Assembly (NCBI GenBank): GCA_964430885.1
Contig: CAYSHM010000013.1
Coordinates: 18,283 to 82,282 of the forward strand
Reading direction: 5' to 3'
From: an uncultured archaeon
GTDB lineage: Archaea > Thermoplasmatota > Penumbrarchaeia > JASLWR01
DNA: 64,000 nucleotides
Numbering within the stretch: the first letter of the stretch is position 1; each line of letters starts with the position of its first letter. Shown piece by piece: positions 28,648-36,844 of the stretch. A program made the position numbers and the translations under genes. The notes under the pieces were generated by a model that worked only from the letters and a program-made list of their open reading frames with translations, did no database searches and was not told the origin of the DNA.

Positions 28648-30807
28648 CTATTTTTCATCGAACAATCCCATCAGGGCAGTACCTGAGATCTTGGTGACGT
28701 ATACCATGCGCCCGGTCTCCACGTCTATTGCTACTGAGAACATGTCGCCCTGCTCCCAGGCGCTTCCTTTCCAGAATATCCATCCGAATCTTGCCGAGGG
28801 CACCACGATACCGGTTATCTGCTGAAGTACCTGGGCCGCCGGAAGCTGGGATGATTCAACTCCTCTGGCTATAGTGATGCTTGAGTCTGATAGGTCTAAA
28901 TCGCCGTTACGGTCAAAGAGCTCATCTCCTGCCATCTCATCTCCTGAGACTATGTCAACAGCCCCTGAAAGGGTAATGCCTTCGTCATCCATCTCCGATC
29001 TTTTCATCCTGGCCCATCCTTCAAGCTTTCCGTAGTCCTTGTCTATCTCGTACACCGAGGAGTAGGGATTCAGGGGATTTATTGACTTGGTAATGTTCTT
29101 TGCCATCCTGGCGGAGTATATGTGTTCAGGCCATTGGAAATCCTCCACTTCGTCCTTATCCTTTCCTTCGTTCTCCTTCTGCCATTCCCCGTAATCCTCA
29201 TAATATGGCTCAAGTTCCTTCTCACTCATGTAATCCGAAAGAGTGATGTTCCAGTAATGGCTGCCTGCGGTTTTCTGCGGGTCCAAGGCGGATAAAGTTG
29301 CATTGTAGGTTGCTTTTGTCACAAAAGAGGTCGGGAATTGCCTTGCAAAATCACCCATGGCTGAACTGTTTTCTACCATGTATTCTAGGGCAGTATCCGG
29401 TGCTATCTGAATGGACTGATCCGGATTTGTAGCTTCATCTAGATCGGCATTTTCGAACATGTAACCGCCTTTTGGTATCATATCCCAATCCTCGTATTCA
29501 CCCTGAGGATGCCGCTCAAGGAATTCTCCAACAGAATTCTCCCAGGATATGGGGCTTGAACCTCTGCTGTAGCCGCTTGTAAGTACCCTGTCCTGTTCAA
29601 TTATGATCCAACCGGTATGGTTCTCGCTGTCCCAGCTTGTATTGGTACGGAGGAATGTCCTGGTGGGATACGGTGTCTTGCTTGAAAGCCATATTGTCTG
29701 GGTATAATCAAGAAAACCCCAGTATTTTCTTGTAATGTTCACTCTGAGAGAAGGTATGCCCTCGACATTTTCCATATCTTCAGCGGACCAGTTGTAGAAA
29801 CCCTGGTCGAGAGCTCCATCATAATTTCCCTGGTAATATACACTGCCGTTGTCTCCCACGGACAGGGCCCGGTCCTTGTAGATCTGGTCTTCTAGAGTAG
29901 GCAGGGTCTCTTCCTCGGGATCTGAATAGGTTCGGACATAACCTTCGTATTCAATTGGAACGGGCACAGTAGCTCTCGGAAGCTGGTCAACAGACATTGT
30001 CCCGCTGTTAACTGCCTTGATCTGTATTCCTCCGGCCAGTTCGGTGTATTCCGAGCGGTCGGCACTGAATGATCCGTCAACCGTGACCTTGCCGGAATCG
30101 GTGGTATCAACAATCACAGTTAGAGCTCCGTCCGCCACCATCCTCTCCTGTACACAGCTGTGGATCTTTCCATATCCCGACTCTGCATTCACCGGTCCGT
30201 AGACCTTGAAATCCCACTGACCGTCGCCGGTTATGGTGTACCTCTCATATTCTCCGCTGCTCTTGTTCTCGGAATAGAGCTCTGCAAAAACCGTGAAATC
30301 ATACCGGTAGTCATCACCTATGTGAAGAGGGGGTTGACGCACGGATAATTCTTCATCTCCGGTATTGTTAATGGGTAGAAGAATGGATGTAAGGGTCAGC
30401 TTGACGGTTGTCCCGGATATTTCAGTGATAAGTACCTGTATGTCGTATATGTCGTCCTTATCAGTATCCACATATTCGGGGATGTCCAGAGTAGCAGTAA
30501 CCTCTACGGGATCGGACTCAATAATTAGAGTTACCTCATCGCCTTCTATATCGGTTATGGTAACCGAATGAGTAACCGCGCCTACGACCATTTCCTCGGT
30601 CTCGCCCAGTTTAATTCCCTCGGAGGTGGAATCCCCCTGCTGGATGGGATCATTATCTCCCGGCCCAGGACCTGGTTTATCGTCATCGTCGTCATCTTGA
30701 AGTTCCCCGTCCTTTTCCCAGACGTTTTCAAATAGGCCGAAATAGACGACGTTGACCAATAGGCTAGCTATACAGATGATGATGATTAGTGTCTTTATCT
30801 TGCTCAT
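28648..30807 (-). CDS. Secreted/N-terminally anchored 719-aa protein, tandem paralog B (unknown function)
   Basis: N-terminal hydrophobic anchor, poly-Asp/Gly-Pro acidic linker. ~75% identical to the 721-aa upstream neighbour along its full length. No recognisable catalytic motif. Confidence 0.7.
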   Translation of the reverse strand: MSKIKTLIIIICIASLLVNVVYFGLFENVWEKDGELQDDDDDDKPGPGPGDNDPIQQGDSTSEGIKLGETEEMVVGAVTHSVTITDIEGDEVTLIIESDPVEVTATLDIPEYVDTDKDDIYDIQVLITEISGTTVKLTLTSILLPINNTGDEELSVRQPPLHIGDDYRYDFTVFAELYSENKSSGEYERYTITGDGQWDFKVYGPVNAESGYGKIHSCVQERMVADGALTVIVDTTDSGKVTVDGSFSADRSEYTELAGGIQIKAVNSGTMSVDQLPRATVPVPIEYEGYVRTYSDPEEETLPTLEDQIYKDRALSVGDNGSVYYQGNYDGALDQGFYNWSAEDMENVEGIPSLRVNITRKYWGFLDYTQTIWLSSKTPYPTRTFLRTNTSWDSENHTGWIIIEQDRVLTSGYSRGSSPISWENSVGEFLERHPQGEYEDWDMIPKGGYMFENADLDEATNPDQSIQIAPDTALEYMVENSSAMGDFARQFPTSFVTKATYNATLSALDPQKTAGSHYWNITLSDYMSEKELEPYYEDYGEWQKENEGKDKDEVEDFQWPEHIYSARMAKNITKSINPLNPYSSVYEIDKDYGKLEGWARMKRSEMDDEGITLSGAVDIVSGDEMAGDELFDRNGDLDLSDSSITIARGVESSQLPAAQVLQQITGIVVPSARFGWIFWKGSAWEQGDMFSVAIDVETGRMVYVTKISGTALMGLFDEK

Positions 30808-30871
30808 GAGAAAACCCTATTCCTTTCCGATTTTATACTGAATACAATTTTTTAATGTATCTATCTGGTAA

Positions 30872-33037
30872 TTATTCGTCGAACATACCCATAAGAGCAG
30901 TTCCGGATATTTTTGTTATATACACCATGCGCCCTGTCTCAACATCTACCGCCGCCGAGAACATATCGCCCTGTTCCCAGGCGCTGCCTTTCCAGAATAT
31001 CCATCCGTAATTGGCAGACGGCATAACAATACCCGTAATCTGCTGAAGGACCTGAGCAGCGGGAAGCTGAGATGATGTTGCTCCTTTTGCGACCACAATA
31101 CCCAGATCGTTCATGTCCAGATCACCGCTTCTGTCAAAGAGTTCGGTACTAGCCATATCATCACCCGCAACAATATCCACCGCACCTGAGAGTGTGCATC
31201 CTTCATCATCCAACTCGGAGCGTTTGATCCAGGACCAGCCTTCTTCACGGGTATAATCCTTGTCTATCTCTATCTCAGCAGAGTAAGGATCAAGAGGATT
31301 GATGGATTTGGTGATGTTCTTGGCCACCCTTGCAGCATAGAGATGCTCGGGCCAATGAAACCGTTCTTCTTCCGGAATGTCCTCCCACTCCTCTCCCTCA
31401 TGCTCTTCTTCCCATTCTTCATAATCTTCGAATATGGGCTCCAATTCGTCCCAGCTCATATAATCTGCAAGTGTTATATTCCAGTAATGGCTTCCTGCAT
31501 TGTTCTGAGGGTCCAGATTTGAAAGGTTGGCCCAATAAGTTGCTTCCGTTACCAGGGTATTGGAGAACTCATCGGTGAATTCACCCATGCCGGTACTGTT
31601 CCTAATCATAAAATCCAAGGCATCTTCCGGCGACATATGCACTGCAAACTCAGTGTTTATTGGATCTTCCAATTCAGTATTATCGAATTTATAGCCTCCC
31701 TTTGGTATCTTATCCCACTTGAGGAATTCACCATCGGGATGTGTATCTTGGAAGGTAGCTTCAGTATCTTCCCAGGGTATTGGGTCAGATCCCCTGCTGT
31801 AACCGCTTGTCAGGGTTCGGTCCTGTTCTATTATTATCCAGCCCTTTTCATTTTCCTCATCCCAGGTAGTGTTGGTTCGCAGAAAAGTTCTGGTAGGGTA
31901 GGGTGTCTTGCTAGATATCCATACCGTCTGGATAAAATCCAGAAATCCCCAGTACTGACGGGTGATGTTGATCTTCAGGGACGGGATTCCCGCAATATTT
32001 TCCATTTGCTCAGCTGTCCAGTTATAATATCCCTGGGAGACCGCTTCCTCGTAAGGACCCTCGTAGTATACACTTCCCTCATCTCCCACCGTAATATCCT
32101 TGTCCTCATATATCTGATCCTCAAGGGTTGGCTGGACCTCTTCAGTGGGATCGGGATATGTTCGGACATAACCTTCATACTGTATAGGTACAGGAACTGT
32201 AGCTCTGGGAAGCTGGTCGATGGCCATCTCACCCTGGTTCACGGCCTTTATTAAAGTCCGGCTTTTCAGTTCAGAATATTCCGATCTGTCCGCACTGAAG
32301 GAACCGTCAACAGAGACCTTGCCGGTATCGGGTGTGTCCACTACAACAGTGAGGGCCCCGTCAGCGACCATCCTTTCCTGTACACAGCTGTGGATCTCTC
32401 CATAACCCGACTCTGCATCCACCGGGCCGTATACCTTGAAATCCCACTGTCCGTTGCCGGTGATGGTGTAGCGTTCGTATTCACCGCTTGTCTTATTCTC
32501 TGCATAAAGCTCGGCGAAAACAGAGAAATCGTATCTGAAATCATCTCCCATATGAAGTGACGGTTGACGTACCGATATAACTTCGTTCCCCGTATTGTTG
32601 ATGGGAACTAGGATGGATGTCAGCGTCAATTTCACCGTTGTTCCGGAAATATCTGTTACAAGTACCTGTATATCATAAATTTCATCTTTATCGGTGTCCA
32701 CGTACTCCGGGATATCCAAAGTGGCAGTAACCTCCACTGGGTCGGATTCAATTATAAGGGTGACCGTATCACCATCTATACCGGTTACGGTAACCGAATG
32801 GGTCACGGCACCAACCACCATTTCCTCCGTCTCACCCACTTTGATGCCTTCTGAGGTGGACTCTCCCTGCTGGATCGGATCGTTATTGCTAGGCCCTGAA
32901 CCCGGTTTCTCATCATCATCATCATTATTCAGCTCTTCTTCCTTTTCCCACACGTTATCAAAGATACCGAAATAGACGACGTTGATTAGAAGACTAGCGA
33001 TACAGATTATTATTAGCAAAGTTTTGATCTTGCTCAT
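30872..33037 (-). CDS. Secreted/N-terminally anchored 721-aa protein, tandem paralog A
   Basis: Same architecture as 28648..30807. Begins MSKIKTL(L/I)IIICIASLL.NVVYFG in both. Confidence 0.7.
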   Translation of the reverse strand: MSKIKTLLIIICIASLLINVVYFGIFDNVWEKEEELNNDDDDEKPGSGPSNNDPIQQGESTSEGIKVGETEEMVVGAVTHSVTVTGIDGDTVTLIIESDPVEVTATLDIPEYVDTDKDEIYDIQVLVTDISGTTVKLTLTSILVPINNTGNEVISVRQPSLHMGDDFRYDFSVFAELYAENKTSGEYERYTITGNGQWDFKVYGPVDAESGYGEIHSCVQERMVADGALTVVVDTPDTGKVSVDGSFSADRSEYSELKSRTLIKAVNQGEMAIDQLPRATVPVPIQYEGYVRTYPDPTEEVQPTLEDQIYEDKDITVGDEGSVYYEGPYEEAVSQGYYNWTAEQMENIAGIPSLKINITRQYWGFLDFIQTVWISSKTPYPTRTFLRTNTTWDEENEKGWIIIEQDRTLTSGYSRGSDPIPWEDTEATFQDTHPDGEFLKWDKIPKGGYKFDNTELEDPINTEFAVHMSPEDALDFMIRNSTGMGEFTDEFSNTLVTEATYWANLSNLDPQNNAGSHYWNITLADYMSWDELEPIFEDYEEWEEEHEGEEWEDIPEEERFHWPEHLYAARVAKNITKSINPLDPYSAEIEIDKDYTREEGWSWIKRSELDDEGCTLSGAVDIVAGDDMASTELFDRSGDLDMNDLGIVVAKGATSSQLPAAQVLQQITGIVMPSANYGWIFWKGSAWEQGDMFSAAVDVETGRMVYITKISGTALMGMFDE

Positions 33038-33180
33038 TGAATTTTCCCCTTCGGATTGATGGCTGTAAATTTAGGTTTTTCCAATTGTGAGGTATCTCTA
33101 ATATAATATTAGAAATATATAACATTGGGAATATATAAAGGAGTTGTACCTGATTATCCAATGCGATAAATATATCTCAG
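33038..33180 (-). promoter_or_regulatory. AT-rich putative promoter region of the secreted-paralog/ABC operon
   Basis: On the minus strand contains tttatatatt and ttatatattt TATA-like boxes within 100 nt of the paralog A start. It is the only sizeable non-coding gap heading the 8-gene co-directional block. Confidence 0.3.
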
Positions 33181-33396
33181 CTACCAAATGATCCCTATAG
33201 CCGCCAAGATCCCGAGAACAATAATGACTGCCCCCAAGACCGTATAAAATCGATGCACATTTTTTCCCCAAAGCTTTTTAGACCTGTAGATCAACAATTT
33301 ATAGACAATAAAATCGGTTTCTAAAAGGCTGCATACTAGCATGAACAGCCCGATAGCAGATATCAAAATTCCCCAAAGCGGATCCATATTTATCAC
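33181..33396 (-). CDS. Small 2-TM membrane protein (71 aa)
   Basis: Two hydrophobic helices separated by YKLLIYRSKKLWGKN. No homology recognised. Confidence 0.4.
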   Translation of the reverse strand: MINMDPLWGILISAIGLFMLVCSLLETDFIVYKLLIYRSKKLWGKNVHRFYTVLGAVIIVLGILAAIGIIW

Positions 33397-33406
33397 ATCT
33401 TCAAAA

Positions 33407-33730
33407 TCATTTCTTCCTCTTCATTCTGACAGCGGTCCCGAAGGCTATAAGCTCAGCCGCACCAGGCTTGGTTTGGGCTGTTGTGTACCGCATCCCGATA
33501 ACTGCATTGGCTTTCAATTTTTTCGCCTGTCTGAGCATTCGCTCCATTGAGGTCCGGCGTGCCTCCTCCATCATTTCAGTGTAACCCTTAGCTTCGCCGC
33601 CTACCAAGGATCGCAATCCTGCTCCTATGTCCTTACCTAAATGCTTTGTCTGGACGCAGCTTCCGAAGACCACGCCCAGCACATCCGTGACCTTGTGGCC
33701 AGGTACACTTTCAGTTGTTGTCACTAACAT
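33407..33730 (-). CDS. YbjQ/UPF0145 (DUF74) family protein
   Basis: 107 aa. ESVPGHKVTDVLGVVFG...LRSLVGGE...AVIGMRY matches the conserved YbjQ core. Confidence 0.8.
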   Translation of the reverse strand: MLVTTTESVPGHKVTDVLGVVFGSCVQTKHLGKDIGAGLRSLVGGEAKGYTEMMEEARRTSMERMLRQAKKLKANAVIGMRYTTAQTKPGAAELIAFGTAVRMKRKK

Positions 33731-33785
33731 ATTTTGTTCCTCCTTTGGTGTAATGTTTATATATCAGGTAAAATCAATTATTGGT

Positions 33786-34301
33786 TCAATATGTCTTCCC
33801 GCATCTGGTACATCTGTAATCAACGCCGTCTAGGAACTTTATCTCATCATAACCGCATTTTGGGCAGTTTCCGTAATTTTCCGGTTTTTCCCTATCCCTA
33901 TTCTCGATTTCCATCTTGAACTTCTCTTTTTCAACATTGAACAGCTGTATGCAAATACCAAGGGTAAGAAGGGAAATTACTATAGTGGGTATGTCAAGGT
34001 AGAGCGGGTTAACAGAGATTTTTGTGGAGATTAGATAATCTTTTTCCAGAAAATACATCAGAGATATCTCTACAAGAGCCAGAATAATATTGGCTATGGC
34101 AAGCCAGATGCCGATCCTTGGTCCCTTGTAATCCGATTTCCATATGCTGTAGGCTGCACCGAATCCGAGTATTCCGATGATGTATCCAATAGAAAAAGTT
34201 ATGCCCTGGAATAAAATGAGTCTAATAACTACTGACAGAATGCCAATAACAACAAATAGACCTGTGCCGATTATTCTTAATCCCATGTTATCATTTCTCA
34301 T
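33786..34301 (-). CDS. 4-TM membrane protein with C-terminal cytoplasmic zinc ribbon
   Basis: Four hydrophobic helices, then GNCPKCGYDEIKFLDGVDYRCTRCGKTY (C4 ribbon). Confidence 0.6.
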   Translation of the reverse strand: MRNDNMGLRIIGTGLFVVIGILSVVIRLILFQGITFSIGYIIGILGFGAAYSIWKSDYKGPRIGIWLAIANIILALVEISLMYFLEKDYLISTKISVNPLYLDIPTIVISLLTLGICIQLFNVEKEKFKMEIENRDREKPENYGNCPKCGYDEIKFLDGVDYRCTRCGKTY

Positions 34302-34350
34302 ATTCCATCACCCCCATGTTCTGCCTTTTTAACATCCTGACTTCCCTGAT

Positions 34351-34566
34351 CTAATATTCATGGCCGCATTTGGTACATTTGTAAACAACACCATCAACGA
34401 ATTTCAGCTTGTCGTTCCCGCATTTTGGGCAGTTACCCAGTTCCCTCTCGTATATCCTACGTAAACGCCGCAGTTCTTTCTCCGCAAGCTGGGAAAGGTT
34501 GATCCACTGATTTTCCTTCCACCATTTCCAGATATCCTTACCCAGAGTGATATTTACTTTTGGCAT
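34351..34566 (-). CDS. Small RHH-like/zinc-ribbon protein (71 aa)
   Basis: N-terminal beta-strand + helix (KVNITLGKDIWKWWKEN...LAEKELRRLRRIYE) resembling ribbon-helix-helix. C-terminal GNCPKCGNDKLKFVDGVVYKCTKCGHEY is near-identical in pattern to the ribbon of 33786..34301. Confidence 0.55.
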   Translation of the reverse strand: MPKVNITLGKDIWKWWKENQWINLSQLAEKELRRLRRIYERELGNCPKCGNDKLKFVDGVVYKCTKCGHEY

Positions 34567-34590
34567 AGATTCACATATCTCAATTGTATT

Positions 34591-35091
34591 TTACGGATGA
34601 AACCAGTAAATATATCCGCACATAGAACAAACGTAATTTTGTGCATTTTTGTTCGTCCAATCCCAATCCAAAAATGTTAAACCCCTGGTATTCAAAAGGG
34701 TCTTACGGCTCCAGAATTGATCGTATCTGCAAACGGGACAGGTCAATTTGTTCCCTTGAATGACAACTTCGCTTGCTTCCCGTTTCTCTTTTTTCACTTT
34801 TTTTGTTTTGAGAATGACAGGGTCGCCATCGCGGATCTTCAGCAGCTCCATGTCCTCCTCCCGGATGCAGGCATACCCTTTACGAATATAACTGTCGTAT
34901 ACCAGCTGGACAAATATTCCCTTTCTTTCATCTCCGGCATTACATAATTCAATGGCATTATCTTTTTCAAGACCAGCGTCCTCCCAATCATCTATATGTA
35001 TCCTCACAACGCCCGGTTGTCCTTTTATTTTGCTGGTCTTGGCTCTCAGTTCCATTTTGTTCACCTCAATTTCTTCCTTCGCTATGATCAT
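34591..35091 (-). CDS. Double-psi beta-barrel (Cdc48-N/VatN-like) domain protein with C-terminal zinc ribbon
   Basis: Two half-repeats GQPGVVRIHIDDWEDAGLEKDNAIEL and RKGIFVQLVYDS..YACIREEDMELLKIRDGDPVIL resemble the GRGIARID/LGVSVGDVV repeats of the Cdc48 N-domain. C-terminal CPVCRY...CSMCGY. Confidence 0.45.
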   Translation of the reverse strand: MIIAKEEIEVNKMELRAKTSKIKGQPGVVRIHIDDWEDAGLEKDNAIELCNAGDERKGIFVQLVYDSYIRKGYACIREEDMELLKIRDGDPVILKTKKVKKEKREASEVVIQGNKLTCPVCRYDQFWSRKTLLNTRGLTFLDWDWTNKNAQNYVCSMCGYIYWFHP

Positions 35092-35123
35092 TTCTCTAAT
35101 GGTTTTATTTTACCGCCCTCATT

Positions 35124-35336
35124 TCAATTCGAATCTGCGATTTTATTGAGTTCCGACTGAACAAAGGCTAGCATTACAATATCGAGAAGGAAAAATAAGA
35201 TGAACCAAAACCATTTTTTATTATCTTTCTTAACATGATCAGCAAAGCCTTCAGAATATTTATATTTCCAAAAAATGTTAACAAAAGGAATTATTATCAG
35301 CCAGCCTGTTGGTATTTTTGCTCCCAGACGGTTCAT
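35124..35336 (-). CDS. Small membrane protein (70 aa), DUF4234-like second half
   Basis: Hydrophobic stretches with FVNIFWKYKY aromatic motif. Immediately preceded by a 32-aa ORF with TTFGIYGIYW. Confidence 0.4.
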   Translation of the reverse strand: MNRLGAKIPTGWLIIIPFVNIFWKYKYSEGFADHVKKDNKKWFWFILFFLLDIVMLAFVQSELNKIADSN

Positions 35337-35348
35337 CTCATTTTTAGT

Positions 35349-35447
35349 TTAAACTGACCAATAGATTCCATAGATACCAAAGGTGGTTAATGCAAATAGA
35401 TACACCAATATAATATTTCTTTTTTTAACCATTTTTTTATGTTCCAT
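35349..35447 (-). CDS. Small hydrophobic ORF (32 aa), possible first half of a split DUF4234-like gene
   Basis: MEHKKMVKKRNIILVYLFALTTFGIYGIYWSV. The GIYxIYW motif recurs in the next ORF. Not in ORF track (<60 aa). Confidence 0.25.
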   Translation of the reverse strand: MEHKKMVKKRNIILVYLFALTTFGIYGIYWSV

Positions 35448-35687
35448 ATTAAGTTCCTCTGTAGATATTTCTTAGTGGTGCAATTATCGAAAGTTTCTTT
35501 CACCCATTTTTCACCTGACCTGGCCGTTTTGGTCCCGACAGGTGCGGACAAAAATTCTAAAAATCTTTACGCCTTAAGGAGTATATAGGAGTATGATTTT
35601 AATAAATATATCGGTCAAAAGGAAAGATAAAATTCAAAATTTGTCCTGAAAAAAGCCTTGATGTGATGAATACACATCGAGAAGGTC

Positions 35688-36797
35688 CTAGAGCCGCGAT
35701 CGGATCCATTCCCTGTGCTCCCAGAGAGCGCATCCCCCGGAGGTCTCGTCCAGCCGCTCCCGGTTCTCCCTTATCACCCTGAGAAGGTCGGATCTCAATG
35801 CTTCTTTCAGGGAGTATTCCCGCAGGTTCCGGTCTGAATACGGCGCAAAAGGGCAGGCCTCCACGTCGCCTCCCGGACCTATATGGACAAATCCCCGTCC
35901 AGATGAGAGGCAGCCTCCGAACTTCTCTTCGTCTCCTGGGAAGGATATGAACAGCGCAGGTATCTCCCTTTCAAGAACCTTCAATCTTTCCGCAAGCATC
36001 TGCCTTTCACCGTCATCGATCTCCAGCTCCTCGGTCCCCTCTTCCACCGGTATATACTCCACAAAGAAGAACAGCCTGCACCCGGTCTTGTGAAGACCAG
36101 TAATGAAATCCTTTCTGGTGAGGAGGTCAAGGTTCTCACTGGTCACTGTGAAAGATACACCGAACATACTGCCCCTTTTCTCCATCTTCTGAAATAGCTC
36201 GGTCATTCTATTGTAGACACCCTCTCCCCGCCGGTCATCGGTAATTGAACGGGGGCCTTCGATACTGACAGTTGGCAGGACATTATGGCTCCTCGATATT
36301 CTGTCAAGTTTTCTATCCGACAGCAGAAGGCCGTTGGTGAATACAGGGAAAAGTATCGAGGGGTGTTTTTCAATAAGCGGAATAAGGTCGTCCCGCATGA
36401 AGGGCTCGCCTCCGGCCATAAGTATTACGGAAATGCCAAGTTCTTCGGCCTCTATGAGAAGTCCATCCAGCATTTCAGAATCCATCTCCTTTCCGTCCTT
36501 TCTGCCCTGGGCCTTGGAATAGCATCCCTTGCAGTTGAGATTGCATCTCTGAGTAACGGAGGCGATCATGAAGGCAGGAACATGAAGACCCTTTTGCCTC
36601 CATTCCTTCCTTCTTCTGCCTGCATTACGCTGGTCATTGAATATTTTCAGCAGCCGGTAGGCATGGCGGGTATCCCCGAGAGCAATCCTCATGGCGTCCT
36701 TGAAGAACAGGAGCATTGAGCTGTTAAAGAGGTTCATGTATTCTTCTTCTGTCAGGTTTTCCTGGTTCATTGCGTCACCTTGAATATTTTTCATCAT
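35688..36797 (-). CDS. Radical SAM protein with C-terminal SPASM/twitch-like Cys motifs
   Basis: CNLNCKGC (CxxxCxxC), GGEP glycine-rich SAM motif, C-terminal GGCLSSGRGFVHIGPGGDVEACPFAP...GGCALWEH. ~80-aa N-terminal extension. Confidence 0.8.
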   Translation of the reverse strand: MMKNIQGDAMNQENLTEEEYMNLFNSSMLLFFKDAMRIALGDTRHAYRLLKIFNDQRNAGRRRKEWRQKGLHVPAFMIASVTQRCNLNCKGCYSKAQGRKDGKEMDSEMLDGLLIEAEELGISVILMAGGEPFMRDDLIPLIEKHPSILFPVFTNGLLLSDRKLDRISRSHNVLPTVSIEGPRSITDDRRGEGVYNRMTELFQKMEKRGSMFGVSFTVTSENLDLLTRKDFITGLHKTGCRLFFFVEYIPVEEGTEELEIDDGERQMLAERLKVLEREIPALFISFPGDEEKFGGCLSSGRGFVHIGPGGDVEACPFAPYSDRNLREYSLKEALRSDLLRVIRENRERLDETSGGCALWEHREWIRSRL

Positions 36798-36844
36798 TGT
36801 TATATTATTTGTTCAACATGGAGTCGTTTCTTTACAATTCATTC

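Larger units (their letters stand above)
28648..33037. repeat. ~2.2 kb tandem direct duplication (two paralogous genes plus similar 5' leaders)
   Basis: Protein-level ~75% identity, co-linear with matching upstream purine-rich leaders (cgaaggggaaaattcaATG vs cggaaaggaatagggttttctcATG). Confidence 0.8.
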
